From a virus (Duplodnaviria; Heunggongvirae; Uroviricota; Caudoviricetes), in the IMG/VR virus record IMGVR_UViG_3300045988_101337, positions 1-23,444 of that record: a DNA stretch of 23,444 nucleotides; one strand, given 5' to 3'. Position numbers and translations under genes: made by a program. The number at the start of each line of letters is the position of its first letter. Within the stretch, counting starts at the first letter, position 1. Positions 8,272-17,297 of this stretch are shown here, piece by piece. A model generated the notes under the pieces. The model was given only the letters and a program-made list of their open reading frames with translations, searched no databases and had not been told where the DNA came from.

Positions 8272-9213
8272 TTAAGTTAATTTTAATGAATGGTACTCTA
8301 TCGAGCTGATTGTAGATGCGATATATTTACGATCATTTACAGAGAGTATTGCCGCTAGTAGACGACATACCAGAGCCTGCATTTGTAGCAATATATCGCT
8401 ACCATATTGACAATCATTGATACTAGAGAAACCAAGCGGTTGCCCATTAAAAATGGCTTCATGAAAATTATCATTGCGTATAACTGAAACATTACATTCA
8501 TCTGTTGCCCATGACGGGATTTTTACACCGTAATTTTCGCACATCCAATACACTCTATTTTGATGAGATGGTTTTTTCTCTTTAATGACTTTATCCCTTT
8601 CATCCCATGCTATAGCAAAACAGCAATCAAGAGCCATATAAAGATACTGGAATTTCTCAAAGGAAAGGTATAGTGGGTTATGTGACAGGAATAGGGAGTG
8701 TATCACCGCAGCTATTCTTTTAATGGAGCGATCATCTTTTTGTTTGTCTTTTATATAGTTAAGTGCTAGCTCTATTACTTCTTTTTCAGAGCATCCAACG
8801 AGAATAAAGTCGGTTAACTTAGTGGGCTTGATAGTGGTTGCATCAAGAAAACCAGCGTCAGTGGTTGTCAATCTTATACCCTTGAAAAAAGAGAGGCACC
8901 ACACAACAAAGTTGAGAGTTTCTAACGAGGATGTGTTTTTTAATTTTAGTGTGTGCGTTTTGGGCATGCCGAATACTCGGTAACTATAAGGCATTGTGCA
9001 TGTGTCACCATTAAGGTTATATACCTTTCGATTCCCAGGGTATATCCAACCATTAACAACGTTTTTATCATTGTTAATACGTTCCACGTTCTCAATAAGA
9101 CCGGGTAAAGTACGCAAAGAAAATTGTTCAGTCTCAATGTTAACTTCTACTGGATAGTATCCAAACTCCGAAATAATCTCATTTGGTTGCTGTTCGTCAA
9201 CTTCACCTTGCAT
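8272..9213 (-). CDS. Uncharacterised 313-aa protein with a C-terminal RNxxxH (HEPN-like) motif; candidate abortive-infection or defence effector occupying the P2 old position
   Basis: Clean 313-aa ORF on the minus strand with a GGAGA RBS upstream of the ATG at 9213. AT-rich. It contains RNDNFH (R-x4-H) near the C-terminus and a second R-x5-H (RIAAVIH). It is convergent with the 226-aa gene. No P2 homologue is recognisable. Confidence 0.6.
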   Translation of the reverse strand: MQGEVDEQQPNEIISEFGYYPVEVNIETEQFSLRTLPGLIENVERINNDKNVVNGWIYPGNRKVYNLNGDTCTMPYSYRVFGMPKTHTLKLKNTSSLETLNFVVWCLSFFKGIRLTTTDAGFLDATTIKPTKLTDFILVGCSEKEVIELALNYIKDKQKDDRSIKRIAAVIHSLFLSHNPLYLSFEKFQYLYMALDCCFAIAWDERDKVIKEKKPSHQNRVYWMCENYGVKIPSWATDECNVSVIRNDNFHEAIFNGQPLGFSSINDCQYGSDILLQMQALVCRLLAAILSVNDRKYIASTISSIEYHSLKLT

Positions 9214-9451
9214 AACTTTCTCCGTTCAAAAACAGGCACGATAATTCTCGTAAGCCTATCATGTTCGCAAAGTATCCATACCTGTGGATTTTGTAAATTT
9301 AAGTTGATTTGTCATTAAATAAGCCGTTGCATGCAACAAGTGAATGTTTTTGCATGCGTCGGGGATGTCCGTTCAGGCTGCGTGCGGTCAGGACTGGTGC
9401 GGATCCATAGTATCTATGCAACTGCATTAAAACCGCCCCATGAAGCGGGCG

Positions 9452-9470
9452 GGCGAGGCGGGGAAAGCAC
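9452..9470. other. cos site (P2-type 19-nt cohesive end region)
   Basis: GGCGAGGCGGGGAAAGCAC matches the P2/186 cohesive end as I recall it. It lies about 80 bp beyond the 3' end of portal gene Q, as in P2. Confidence 0.6.
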
Positions 9471-9522
9471 TGCGCGCTGTTTTGTGCGGTGGTGAGTGTG
9501 TGAGGGCGTGATGACGGGGTGT

Positions 9523-9544
9523 AAAAAAGCCGCCCGCAGGCGGC
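9523..9544 (-). terminator. Rho-independent terminator after Q (minus strand)
   Basis: Minus-strand reading gives GCCGCC-TGCG-GGCGGC followed by TTTTTT, immediately after the Q stop codon. Confidence 0.55.
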
Positions 9545-9549
9545 GATGT

Positions 9550-10584
9550 TCAGCCGTTGTCAGTGTCCAGTGAGTAGTTTTTAAAGCTGATGACCTCCTG
9601 ACCGAGCCAGCCGTTTATCTCGCGGATCCTGTCCTGTAACGGGATAAGCTCATTGCGGACAAAGACCTTTGCCACTTTCTCAATATCTCCCAGTGACCCG
9701 ACGTTCTCCGGCTTGCCGCCCATCAACTGAAAGGGGATACGGTGCGCGTCCAGCAGGTCAGCGGCGCTGGCTTTTTTGATATTAAAAAAATCGTCCTTCG
9801 TTGCCACTTCACTGAGCGGGATAATTTTAATGCCGTCAGCTTTCCCCTGCGGGGCATAGAGAAACAGATTTTTAAAGTTGTTGCGACCTTTCGACTTAAC
9901 CATGTTTTCGCGAAGCATTTCGATATCGTTGCGATCCTGCACGGCATCGGTGACGTACATGATGTATCCGGCATGTGCGCCATTTTCGTAATACTTGCGG
10001 CGGAACAGCGTAGCTGATTCATTCAGCCAGGCAGAATTAAGGGCGCTGAGATATTCCGGCAGGCCGTACAGCTCCTGATTAATATCCGGCTCCAGCAGGT
10101 GAAACACGGAGCCGGGCGCGAAAGGTGTCGGCTCGTTGAAGGACGGCACCCACCAGTAAACATCCTCCTCAACACCACGGCGGGTATATTTTGCCGGTGA
10201 GGTTTCCAGTCTGATGACCTTACCGGTGGTGCTGTAGCGCTTTTCCAGAAACGCATTACCGAACACCAGAAAATCCAGCACAAAGCGGCTGAAATCCTGC
10301 TGGGAAAGCCACGGGTGCGGAATAAACGTTGAAGCCAGAATATTACGTTTGACGTAAATCGGTGAGCTGTGATGTACGGCAGCACGCAGGCTTTTTGCCA
10401 GACCGGTAAAGCTGACCGGTGGCTCATACCATCTGCCGTTACTGATGCACTCGACGTAATCCAGAATGTCACGGCGGTCGAGTACCGGCACCGGCTCACC
10501 AAAGGTGAATGCCTCCATTTTCGGGGCGCTGGCGGTGATTGTTTTTGCCGCAGGTTGCGGTGTTTTCCCTTTTTTCTTGCTCAT
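9550..10584 (-). CDS. Q: Portal protein (344 aa)
   Basis: 344-aa ORF, the same length as P2 gpQ. It is translationally coupled to P (start and stop overlap at 10584) and adjacent to cos. Confidence 0.93.
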   Translation of the reverse strand: MSKKKGKTPQPAAKTITASAPKMEAFTFGEPVPVLDRRDILDYVECISNGRWYEPPVSFTGLAKSLRAAVHHSSPIYVKRNILASTFIPHPWLSQQDFSRFVLDFLVFGNAFLEKRYSTTGKVIRLETSPAKYTRRGVEEDVYWWVPSFNEPTPFAPGSVFHLLEPDINQELYGLPEYLSALNSAWLNESATLFRRKYYENGAHAGYIMYVTDAVQDRNDIEMLRENMVKSKGRNNFKNLFLYAPQGKADGIKIIPLSEVATKDDFFNIKKASAADLLDAHRIPFQLMGGKPENVGSLGDIEKVAKVFVRNELIPLQDRIREINGWLGQEVISFKNYSLDTDNG

Positions 10585-12356
10585 CAGTAAAACTCCAGAA
10601 TGGTGGATGTCAGCGGAGTGCTGATACCGGCGGTGAGTGGCTCATTTAACAGGGCGTGCATGGTCGCCCAGGCGAGGTCGGCGTGGCTGGCTTCCTCGCT
10701 GCGGCTGGCCTCATAGGTGGCGCTGCGTCCGCTGCTGGTCATGGTCTTGCGGATAGCCATAAACGAGCTGGTGATGTCGGTGGCGCTGACGTCATATTCC
10801 AGACAGCCACGGCGGATGACGTCTTTTGCCTTGAGCACCATTGCGGTTTTCATTTCCGGCGTGTAGCGGATATCGCGCGCGGCGGGATAGAACGAGCGCA
10901 CGAGCTGGAACACGCCGACACCGAGGCCGGTGGCATCAATCCCGATGTATTCAACGTTATATTTTTCGGTGAGTTTGCGGATGGATTCCGCCTGGGTGGC
11001 AAAGTCCATGCCTTTCCACTGGTGACGCTCAAGTATTCTGAATTTGCCACCGGCCACCACCGGCGGTGCCAGCACCACGCATCCGGCGCTGTCGCCACGG
11101 TGTGACGGGTCGTAACCAATCCATACCGGACGTGAGCCGAACGGATTGACGGCAAACGGCGCATAGTCTTCCCATTCTTCCAGCGTATCGACCATGCAGC
11201 GTTGCAGCTCCTCGAACGGGAACACCGACGCCTTGTCGTCAACAAATTCACACATGAACAGGTTTTTAAAATCGTCGGCGCTGTTTTCACGTTTGAGCTG
11301 CTCAATGTCGAACAGCGTGCAGCCACCTTTCAGGGCATCCTCAATGGTGACAATCTGCCGCCACTGGCCGTCCGCACAGAGAAGCCCACCGGCAAGGGCG
11401 TTATGACTGACGTCGATTTCCACGCGTTCGGCGGCGCTGGCGCGTCCCCGGTTGAACAGTTCACCTGACCAGAACGGGTAGGCGTCGTGCGCCAGCGTGG
11501 ACGGGGTGGAGAAATAGGTCGAGCGCAGGTGACTCTGTGAGGCCATACCTGATGCCACCTTACGCAGTACCTGAAAATTCGGGATCCAGAAAATCTCGTC
11601 GACGTACAGGTCGCCGTTATGGCTCTGCGCGGTGTTGGAGTTGGTGCCGAGAAAAATCAGTTTTGCGCCGTTATTGCCAAGGACAATCGGGTCACCGGTC
11701 AGGTCAACGTCAACCAGACGGGCAAAGGCGATGATGTATTCACGGAACACATACGCCTGCGTTTTACTGGCCGACAGAAAAATCTGGTTATGACCGGTTT
11801 TCAGGGCGCGCAGCAGCGCCTCGCGGGAAAAATAAAACGTCGCGCCAATCTGGCGGGATTTCAGGATATCGCGGATGCGGTGCTCAAGCCCGGCGCGATA
11901 CCAGTGCAACTGATATTCAAAAGACTGCTCAAAGAAAATCTGCTCCAGCTTTTCGATGGCCTCGTCACTGAAAAAATTCTTTTTCGGTTTGCGACGCCCG
12001 CCTTTGTTGCGGTTAGCGACGTTCGGATTAAGGTCTGCCTCGTTGCCGGTCTGACTGTAGCGGTTGACCCGTGCCAGTCGTTCAATCTGACGTCCCAGCA
12101 GGTCAATTTCCTTGAAGTCACCGCCGGTTTTCTGCGGTTTGATGATGAGCTGGGTCAGCCGCGCTTCCAGACTCATTTCGACACGGCTGATGGGGGCAAC
12201 GCTGTCCCAGCCGTCGCGCTGTTTCCAGCTCTGCACCGTCGGGCGTTTCATCTGCAACATGGCGGCAATCTGCGGCACGGAAAACCCCTGCCAGTACAGC
12301 AGCGCCGCCTGACGACGCGGGTCGTGTAAAAGAGTGGTGTCTGTGGTGATGGTCAT
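10584..12356 (-). CDS. P: Terminase large (ATPase) subunit (590 aa); listed ORF 10584..12386 trimmed to the ATG at 12356
   Basis: Starting at MTITTDTT gives 590 aa, the length of P2 gpP. It sits upstream of portal in the leftward Q-P late operon. Confidence 0.93.
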   Translation of the reverse strand: MTITTDTTLLHDPRRQAALLYWQGFSVPQIAAMLQMKRPTVQSWKQRDGWDSVAPISRVEMSLEARLTQLIIKPQKTGGDFKEIDLLGRQIERLARVNRYSQTGNEADLNPNVANRNKGGRRKPKKNFFSDEAIEKLEQIFFEQSFEYQLHWYRAGLEHRIRDILKSRQIGATFYFSREALLRALKTGHNQIFLSASKTQAYVFREYIIAFARLVDVDLTGDPIVLGNNGAKLIFLGTNSNTAQSHNGDLYVDEIFWIPNFQVLRKVASGMASQSHLRSTYFSTPSTLAHDAYPFWSGELFNRGRASAAERVEIDVSHNALAGGLLCADGQWRQIVTIEDALKGGCTLFDIEQLKRENSADDFKNLFMCEFVDDKASVFPFEELQRCMVDTLEEWEDYAPFAVNPFGSRPVWIGYDPSHRGDSAGCVVLAPPVVAGGKFRILERHQWKGMDFATQAESIRKLTEKYNVEYIGIDATGLGVGVFQLVRSFYPAARDIRYTPEMKTAMVLKAKDVIRRGCLEYDVSATDITSSFMAIRKTMTSSGRSATYEASRSEEASHADLAWATMHALLNEPLTAGISTPLTSTILEFY

Positions 12357-12529
12357 GAATACCTCGCCGTGATGAATACACGGCAAGGCTACTGAGTCGC
12401 GCCCCGCGATTCGCTAAGGTGCTGTTGTGTCAGTGATAAGCCATCCGGGACTGATGGCGGAGGATGCGCATCGTCGGGAAACTGATGCCGACATGTGACT
12501 CCTCTACTCACTATTCAGGACTCCTGACA

Positions 12530-13384
12530 ATGGCAAAAAAAGTCTCAAAATTCTTTCGTATCGGCGTTGAGGGTGACACCTGTGACGGGCGTGTCATCAG
12601 TGCGCAGGATATTCAGGAAATGGCCGAAACCTTTGACCCGCGTGTCTATGGTTGCCGCATTAACCTGGAACATCTGCGCGGCATCCTGCCTGACGGTATT
12701 TTTAAACGTTATGGCGATGTGGTCGAACTGAAGGCCGAAAAGATTGACGACGATTCGGCGCTGAAAGGCAAATGGGCGCTGTTTGCGAAAATCACCCCGA
12801 CCGATGACCTTATTGCGATGAACAAGGCCGCGCAGAAGGTCTACACCTCAATGGAAATTCAGCCGAACTTTGCCAATACCGGCAAATGTTATCTGGTGGG
12901 TCTGGCCGTCACCGACGACCCGGCGAGCCTCGGCACGGAATACCTGGAATTCTGCCGCAAGGCAAAACACAACCCCCTGAACCGCTTCAAATTAAGCCCT
13001 GAAAACCTGATTTCAGTGGCAACGCCCGTTGAGCTGGAATTTGAAGACCTGCCTGAAACCGTGTTCACCGCCCTGACCGAAAAGGTGAAATCCATTTTTG
13101 GTCGCAAACAGGCCAGTGATGACGCCCGTCTGAATGATGTGCATGAAGCGGTGACCGCTGTTGCTGAACATGTGCAGGAAAAACTGAGCGCCACTGAGCA
13201 GCGCCTCGCTGAGATGGAAAACGCCTTTTCCGCACTTAAGCAGGAGGTGACTGACAGGGCGGATGAAACCAGCCAGGCATTCACCCGCCTGAAAAACAGT
13301 CTCGACAACACCGAAAGTCTGACCCAGCAGCGCCGCAGCAAGGCCACCGGCGGTGGCGGAGACGCCCTGATGACGAACTGCTGA
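12530..13384 (+). CDS. O: Capsid scaffolding protein (284 aa); listed ORF 12464..13384 trimmed to the ATG at 12530
   Basis: Starting at MAKKVSKFF gives 284 aa, the length of P2 gpO. It is first in the rightward O-N-M-L operon and divergent from P. Confidence 0.9.
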   Translation: MAKKVSKFFRIGVEGDTCDGRVISAQDIQEMAETFDPRVYGCRINLEHLRGILPDGIFKRYGDVVELKAEKIDDDSALKGKWALFAKITPTDDLIAMNKAAQKVYTSMEIQPNFANTGKCYLVGLAVTDDPASLGTEYLEFCRKAKHNPLNRFKLSPENLISVATPVELEFEDLPETVFTALTEKVKSIFGRKQASDDARLNDVHEAVTAVAEHVQEKLSATEQRLAEMENAFSALKQEVTDRADETSQAFTRLKNSLDNTESLTQQRRSKATGGGGDALMTNC

Positions 13385-13442
13385 CCGGCGTCAGTCAGTC
13401 CGGGAAAACCTTCACGATTAACCCTTAATTTCAGGAACAAAT

Positions 13443-14516
13443 ATGCGCCAGGAAACCCGTTTTAAATTTAATGCCTATCTGTCCCGTGTTGCCGAACTGA
13501 ACGGCATCGACGCCGGTGATGTGTCGAAAAAATTCACCGTTGAACCGTCGGTCACCCAGACCCTGATGAACACCATGCAGGAGTCCTCTGACTTTCTGAC
13601 CCGCATCAACATTGTGCCGGTTAGCGAAATGAAAGGGGAAAAAATTGGTATTGGTGTCACCGGCTCCATCGCCAGCACCACCGACACCGCCGGTGGCACC
13701 GAGCGTCAGCCGAAGGACTTCTCGAAGCTGGCGTCAAACAAGTACGAATGCGACCAGATTAACTTCGATTTTTATATCCGCTACAAAACGCTTGACCTGT
13801 GGGCGCGTTATCAGGATTTCCAGCTCCGTATCCGTAACGCCATTATCAAACGCCAGTCCCTTGATTTCATCATGGCCGGTTTTAACGGCGTGAAGCGTGC
13901 AGAAACCTCTGACCGCAGCAGCAATCCGATGCTGCAGGATGTGGCGGTCGGCTGGCTGCAGAAATACCGCAATGAAGCCCCGGCGCGCGTGATGAGCAAG
14001 GTTACTGACGAGGAAGGTCACACGACCTCTGAGGTCATCCGCGTAGGTAAGGGCGGTGATTATGCCAGCCTCGATGCACTGGTGATGGATGCGACCAACA
14101 ACCTGATTGAACCGTGGTATCAGGAAGACCCTGACCTTGTGGTGATTGTGGGACGTCAGCTACTGGCGGACAAGTATTTCCCTATCGTCAACAAGGAGCA
14201 GGATAACAGCGAGATGCTGGCCGCTGACGTCATCATCAGCCAGAAACGCATCGGTAACCTGCCGGCGGTACGCGTCCCGTACTTCCCGGCGGATGCGATG
14301 CTCATCACGAAGCTGGAAAACCTGTCCATCTACTACATGGATGACAGCCATCGCCGCGTGATTGTGGAAAACCCGAAACTCGACCGCGTGGAGAACTACG
14401 AGTCAATGAATATTGATTACGTGGTGGAAGACTACGCCGCCGGTTGCCTGGTGGAAAAAATTAAGGTCGGTGATTTCTCCACACCGGCCAGGGCGACCGC
14501 AGAGCCGGGAGCGTAA
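13443..14516 (+). CDS. N: Major capsid protein (357 aa)
   Basis: 357-aa ORF, the same length as P2 gpN, in the syntenic position after O. Confidence 0.93.
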   Translation: MRQETRFKFNAYLSRVAELNGIDAGDVSKKFTVEPSVTQTLMNTMQESSDFLTRINIVPVSEMKGEKIGIGVTGSIASTTDTAGGTERQPKDFSKLASNKYECDQINFDFYIRYKTLDLWARYQDFQLRIRNAIIKRQSLDFIMAGFNGVKRAETSDRSSNPMLQDVAVGWLQKYRNEAPARVMSKVTDEEGHTTSEVIRVGKGGDYASLDALVMDATNNLIEPWYQEDPDLVVIVGRQLLADKYFPIVNKEQDNSEMLAADVIISQKRIGNLPAVRVPYFPADAMLITKLENLSIYYMDDSHRRVIVENPKLDRVENYESMNIDYVVEDYAAGCLVEKIKVGDFSTPARATAEPGA

Positions 14517-14519
14517 CCG

Positions 14520-15263
14520 ATGACGAGTCCCGCACAGCGCCACATGATGCGGGTCTCGGCAGCGATGACCGCGCAGCGGGAAGCCGCTCCGCTGCGACAT
14601 GCAACTGTCTATGAGCAGATGCTGGTCAAGCTGGCCGCAGACCAGCGCACACTGAAAGCGATTTATTCAAAAGAGCTTAAGGCCGCGAAAAAGCGCGAAC
14701 TGCTGCCGTTCTGGTTGCCGTGGGTGAACGGTGTGCTGGAGCAGGGCAAAGGTGCACAGGATGACATTCTGATGACGGTCATGCTGTGGCGTCTGGATAC
14801 CGGCGATATTGCCGGTGCGCTGGAGATTGCCCGTTATGCCCTGAAATACGGTCTGACCATGCCGGGTAAACACCGCCGCACCCCGCCGTACATGTTCACC
14901 GAGGAGGTGGCACTTGCGGCCATGCGCGCCCACGCTGCCGGTGGGTCTGTGGATACCCGCCTGCTGACGGACACCCTCGAACTGACCGCCACGGCTGACA
15001 TGCCTGATGAAGTGCGCGCAAAGCTGCACAAAATCACCGGTCTGTTTCTGCGTGACGCTGGTGATGCCGCCGGTGCGCTGGCTCACCTGCAACGTGCGAC
15101 ACAGCTCGACTGTCAGGCAGGCGTCAAAAAAGAGATTGAACGACTGGAGCGGGAGCTGAAACCGAAGCCGGAGCCGCAGCCAAAAGCGGTCACCCGCGCC
15201 CCGCGTAAGACCCGGAGCGTGACACCGGCAAAACGTGGACGCCCGAAAAAGAAAGCCAGTTAA
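14520..15263 (+). CDS. M: Terminase small / endonuclease subunit (247 aa)
   Basis: 247-aa ORF, the same length as P2 gpM, with a basic C-terminal tail (RKTRSVTPAKRGRPKKKAS). Confidence 0.9.
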   Translation: MTSPAQRHMMRVSAAMTAQREAAPLRHATVYEQMLVKLAADQRTLKAIYSKELKAAKKRELLPFWLPWVNGVLEQGKGAQDDILMTVMLWRLDTGDIAGALEIARYALKYGLTMPGKHRRTPPYMFTEEVALAAMRAHAAGGSVDTRLLTDTLELTATADMPDEVRAKLHKITGLFLRDAGDAAGALAHLQRATQLDCQAGVKKEIERLERELKPKPEPQPKAVTRAPRKTRSVTPAKRGRPKKKAS

Positions 15264-15362
15264 CAACCGAATGCGCCCCGCGCCAGGGCGGCACGCCGGT
15301 CAGTGAGGGTGAATCACCTGACACTGCACCGGCGTCCACCGCCCGACTTTTCAGAGGTAGTC

Positions 15363-15872
15363 ATGATGACGCTGATTATTCCGCGAAAGGAGGCTCCCGT
15401 GTCCGGTGAGGGTACGGTGGTCATCCCGCAACCGGCAGGCGACGAGCCGGTGATTAAAAACACGTTCTTTTTTCCCGATATCGACCCGAAGCGCGTCCGG
15501 GAACGTATGCGCCTTGAGCAGACCGTCGCCCCCGCCCGTCTGCGTGAGGCCATCAAGTCAGGCATGGCGGAGACGAATGCGGAGCTGTACGAGTACCGCG
15601 AACAGAAAATTGCCGCCGGTTTTACGCGTCTGGCGGACGTCCCGGCGGACGACATCGACGGTGAAAGCATCAAAGTTTTTTACTACGAGCGCGCCGTGTG
15701 TGCGATGGCGACCGCGTCGCTTTATGAGCGTTATCGCGGCGTGGATGCCAGTGCGAAAGGCGACAAGAAGGCCGACAGCATTGACAGCACCATTGATGAG
15801 CTGTGGCGGGATATGCGCTGGGCGGTGGCGCGCATCCAGGACAAACCGCGCTGCATCGTGAGTCAAATCTGA
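15363..15872 (+). CDS. L: Head completion/stabilisation protein (169 aa); listed ORF 15303..15872 trimmed to the ATG at 15363
   Basis: Starting at MMTLIIPRKE gives 169 aa, the length of P2 gpL. Its stop overlaps the X start. Confidence 0.88.
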   Translation: MMTLIIPRKEAPVSGEGTVVIPQPAGDEPVIKNTFFFPDIDPKRVRERMRLEQTVAPARLREAIKSGMAETNAELYEYREQKIAAGFTRLADVPADDIDGESIKVFYYERAVCAMATASLYERYRGVDASAKGDKKADSIDSTIDELWRDMRWAVARIQDKPRCIVSQI

Positions 15873-16075
15873 TGAAGACCTTTGCGCTACAGGGCGACAC
15901 GCTCGACGCCATTTGTGTCCGGTATTACGGGCGCACTGAGGGCGTGGTTGAGACCGTGCTCGCCGCAAATCCGGGACTGGCTGAACTGGGTGCGGTGCTG
16001 CCACACGGCACCGCCGTCGAACTGCCCGACGTTCAGACCGCGCCCGTGGCTGAAACTGTCAATCTGTGGGAGTAA
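15872..16075 (+). CDS. X: Tail protein X (67 aa); listed ORF 15803..16075 trimmed to the ATG at 15872
   Basis: Starting at MKTFALQGDT gives 67 aa, the length of P2 gpX. A LysM-like fold is plausible. Confidence 0.85.
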   Translation: MKTFALQGDTLDAICVRYYGRTEGVVETVLAANPGLAELGAVLPHGTAVELPDVQTAPVAETVNLWE

Positions 16076-16078
16076 CGC

Positions 16079-16360
16079 ATGACAGCAGAAGAAAAAAGCG
16101 TCCTGTCGCTTTTCATGATTGGAGTGCTGATTGTTGTCGGCAAGGTGCTTGCCGGTGGTGAACCCATCACCCCGCGTCTGTTTATCGGGCGCATGTTGCT
16201 CGGTGGTTTTGTCTCGATGGTTGCCGGTGTTGTTCTGGTGCAGTTTCCTGACCTGTCACTGCCTGCGGTGTGCGGCATCGGCTCCATGCTGGGTATCGCC
16301 GGTTATCAGGTGATTGAGATTGCCATTCAGCGCCGCTTTAAGGGCAGGGGGAAACAGTAA
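16079..16360 (+). CDS. Y: Holin (93 aa)
   Basis: 93-aa ORF, the same length as P2 gpY, with hydrophobic transmembrane segments (LSLFMIGVLIVVGKVLAGG ... GGFVSMVAGVVLVQF) and a charged C-terminus. It is immediately upstream of the endolysin. Confidence 0.9.
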   Translation: MTAEEKSVLSLFMIGVLIVVGKVLAGGEPITPRLFIGRMLLGGFVSMVAGVVLVQFPDLSLPAVCGIGSMLGIAGYQVIEIAIQRRFKGRGKQ

Positions 16361-16857
16361 TGCCGGTAATTAACACGCATCAGAATATCGCCGCCTTTCT
16401 CGACATGCTGGCCGTGTCCGAAGGGACGGCGAATCATCCGCTGACGAAAAACCGGGGCTATGACGTGATAGTCACCGGACTGGACGGGAAGCCGGAAATT
16501 TTCACCGACTACAGTGACCACCCGTTCGCGCATGGCCGACCGGCGAAGGTGTTTAACCGTCGCGGTGAAAAATCCACGGCCTCCGGTCGCTATCAGCAGC
16601 TTTACCTGTTCTGGCCGCACTACCGCAAACAGCTTGCCCTGCCTGATTTCAGTCCGTTGTCACAGGACAGACTTGCCATTCAGTTGATCCGCGAACGCGG
16701 TGCACTGGATGACATCCGGGCGGGACGCATTGAGCGCGCCATTTCACGCTGTCGCAATATCTGGGCGTCCCTGCCGGGTGCCGGTTACGGTCAGCGTGAG
16801 CATTCACTGGAAAAACTGGTCACCGTCTGGCGTACCGCCGGCGGCGTACCGGCTTAA
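16360..16857 (+). CDS. K: Endolysin (165 aa)
   Basis: 165-aa ORF, the same length as P2 gpK, between the holin and lysA/lysB. Confidence 0.9.
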   Translation: MPVINTHQNIAAFLDMLAVSEGTANHPLTKNRGYDVIVTGLDGKPEIFTDYSDHPFAHGRPAKVFNRRGEKSTASGRYQQLYLFWPHYRKQLALPDFSPLSQDRLAIQLIRERGALDDIRAGRIERAISRCRNIWASLPGAGYGQREHSLEKLVTVWRTAGGVPA

Positions 16858-16871
16858 ACGGAGTAAACACC

Positions 16872-17297
16872 ATGAAGAAATTATCCCTTTCACTGATGCT
16901 GAACGTGTCGCTGGCGCTGATGCTGGCACTGTCCCTGATTTACCCGCAGAGCGTGGCCGTCAGTTTTGTCGCCGCCTGGGCGATTCTGGCGACGGTTATC
17001 TGTGTGGTTGCCGGTGGTGTCGGCGTGTATGCCACAGAGTATGTACTGGAACGCTACGGGCGGGAGCTGCCACCGGAATCGCTGGCCGTGAAGATTGTCA
17101 CGTCGCTGTTTTTGCAGCCGGTGCCGTGGCGCAGACGGGCGGCGGCTCTGGTAGTGATGGTGGCGACGTTTATCTCGCTGGTCGCTGCCGGGTGGATTTT
17201 TACCGCGCTGATTTATCTCGTGGTATCGGTGTTCTTCCGGCTGATACGTACGGCCTGCCGTCAGCGTTTTGAGGGGCGGGAACCATGTCAAAGCTGA
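16872..17297 (+). CDS. lysA: Lysis timing membrane protein LysA (141 aa)
   Basis: 141-aa ORF, the same length as P2 LysA, strongly hydrophobic with multiple predicted transmembrane segments. It overlaps the lysB start. Confidence 0.82.
   Translation: MKKLSLSLMLNVSLALMLALSLIYPQSVAVSFVAAWAILATVICVVAGGVGVYATEYVLERYGRELPPESLAVKIVTSLFLQPVPWRRRAAALVVMVATFISLVAAGWIFTALIYLVVSVFFRLIRTACRQRFEGREPCQS

Noticed and set aside
9214-9450. Possible CRISPR array or other repeat structure in the cos-proximal non-coding region
   Set aside because: There are no regularly spaced direct repeats, only short palindromes (for example TTGCATGCAA at about 9337). The region is better explained as the packaging (cos) region plus the promoter leader of the 313-aa gene.
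9723-12381. Multiple long antisense or out-of-frame ORFs inside Q and P (for example 10023..10502, 10656..11105, 10850..11326, 11619..12329)
   Set aside because: They lie wholly within the well-supported Q and P reading frames on the opposite strand or in alternative frames. High-GC coding DNA routinely yields such shadow ORFs, and they lack independent start signals.
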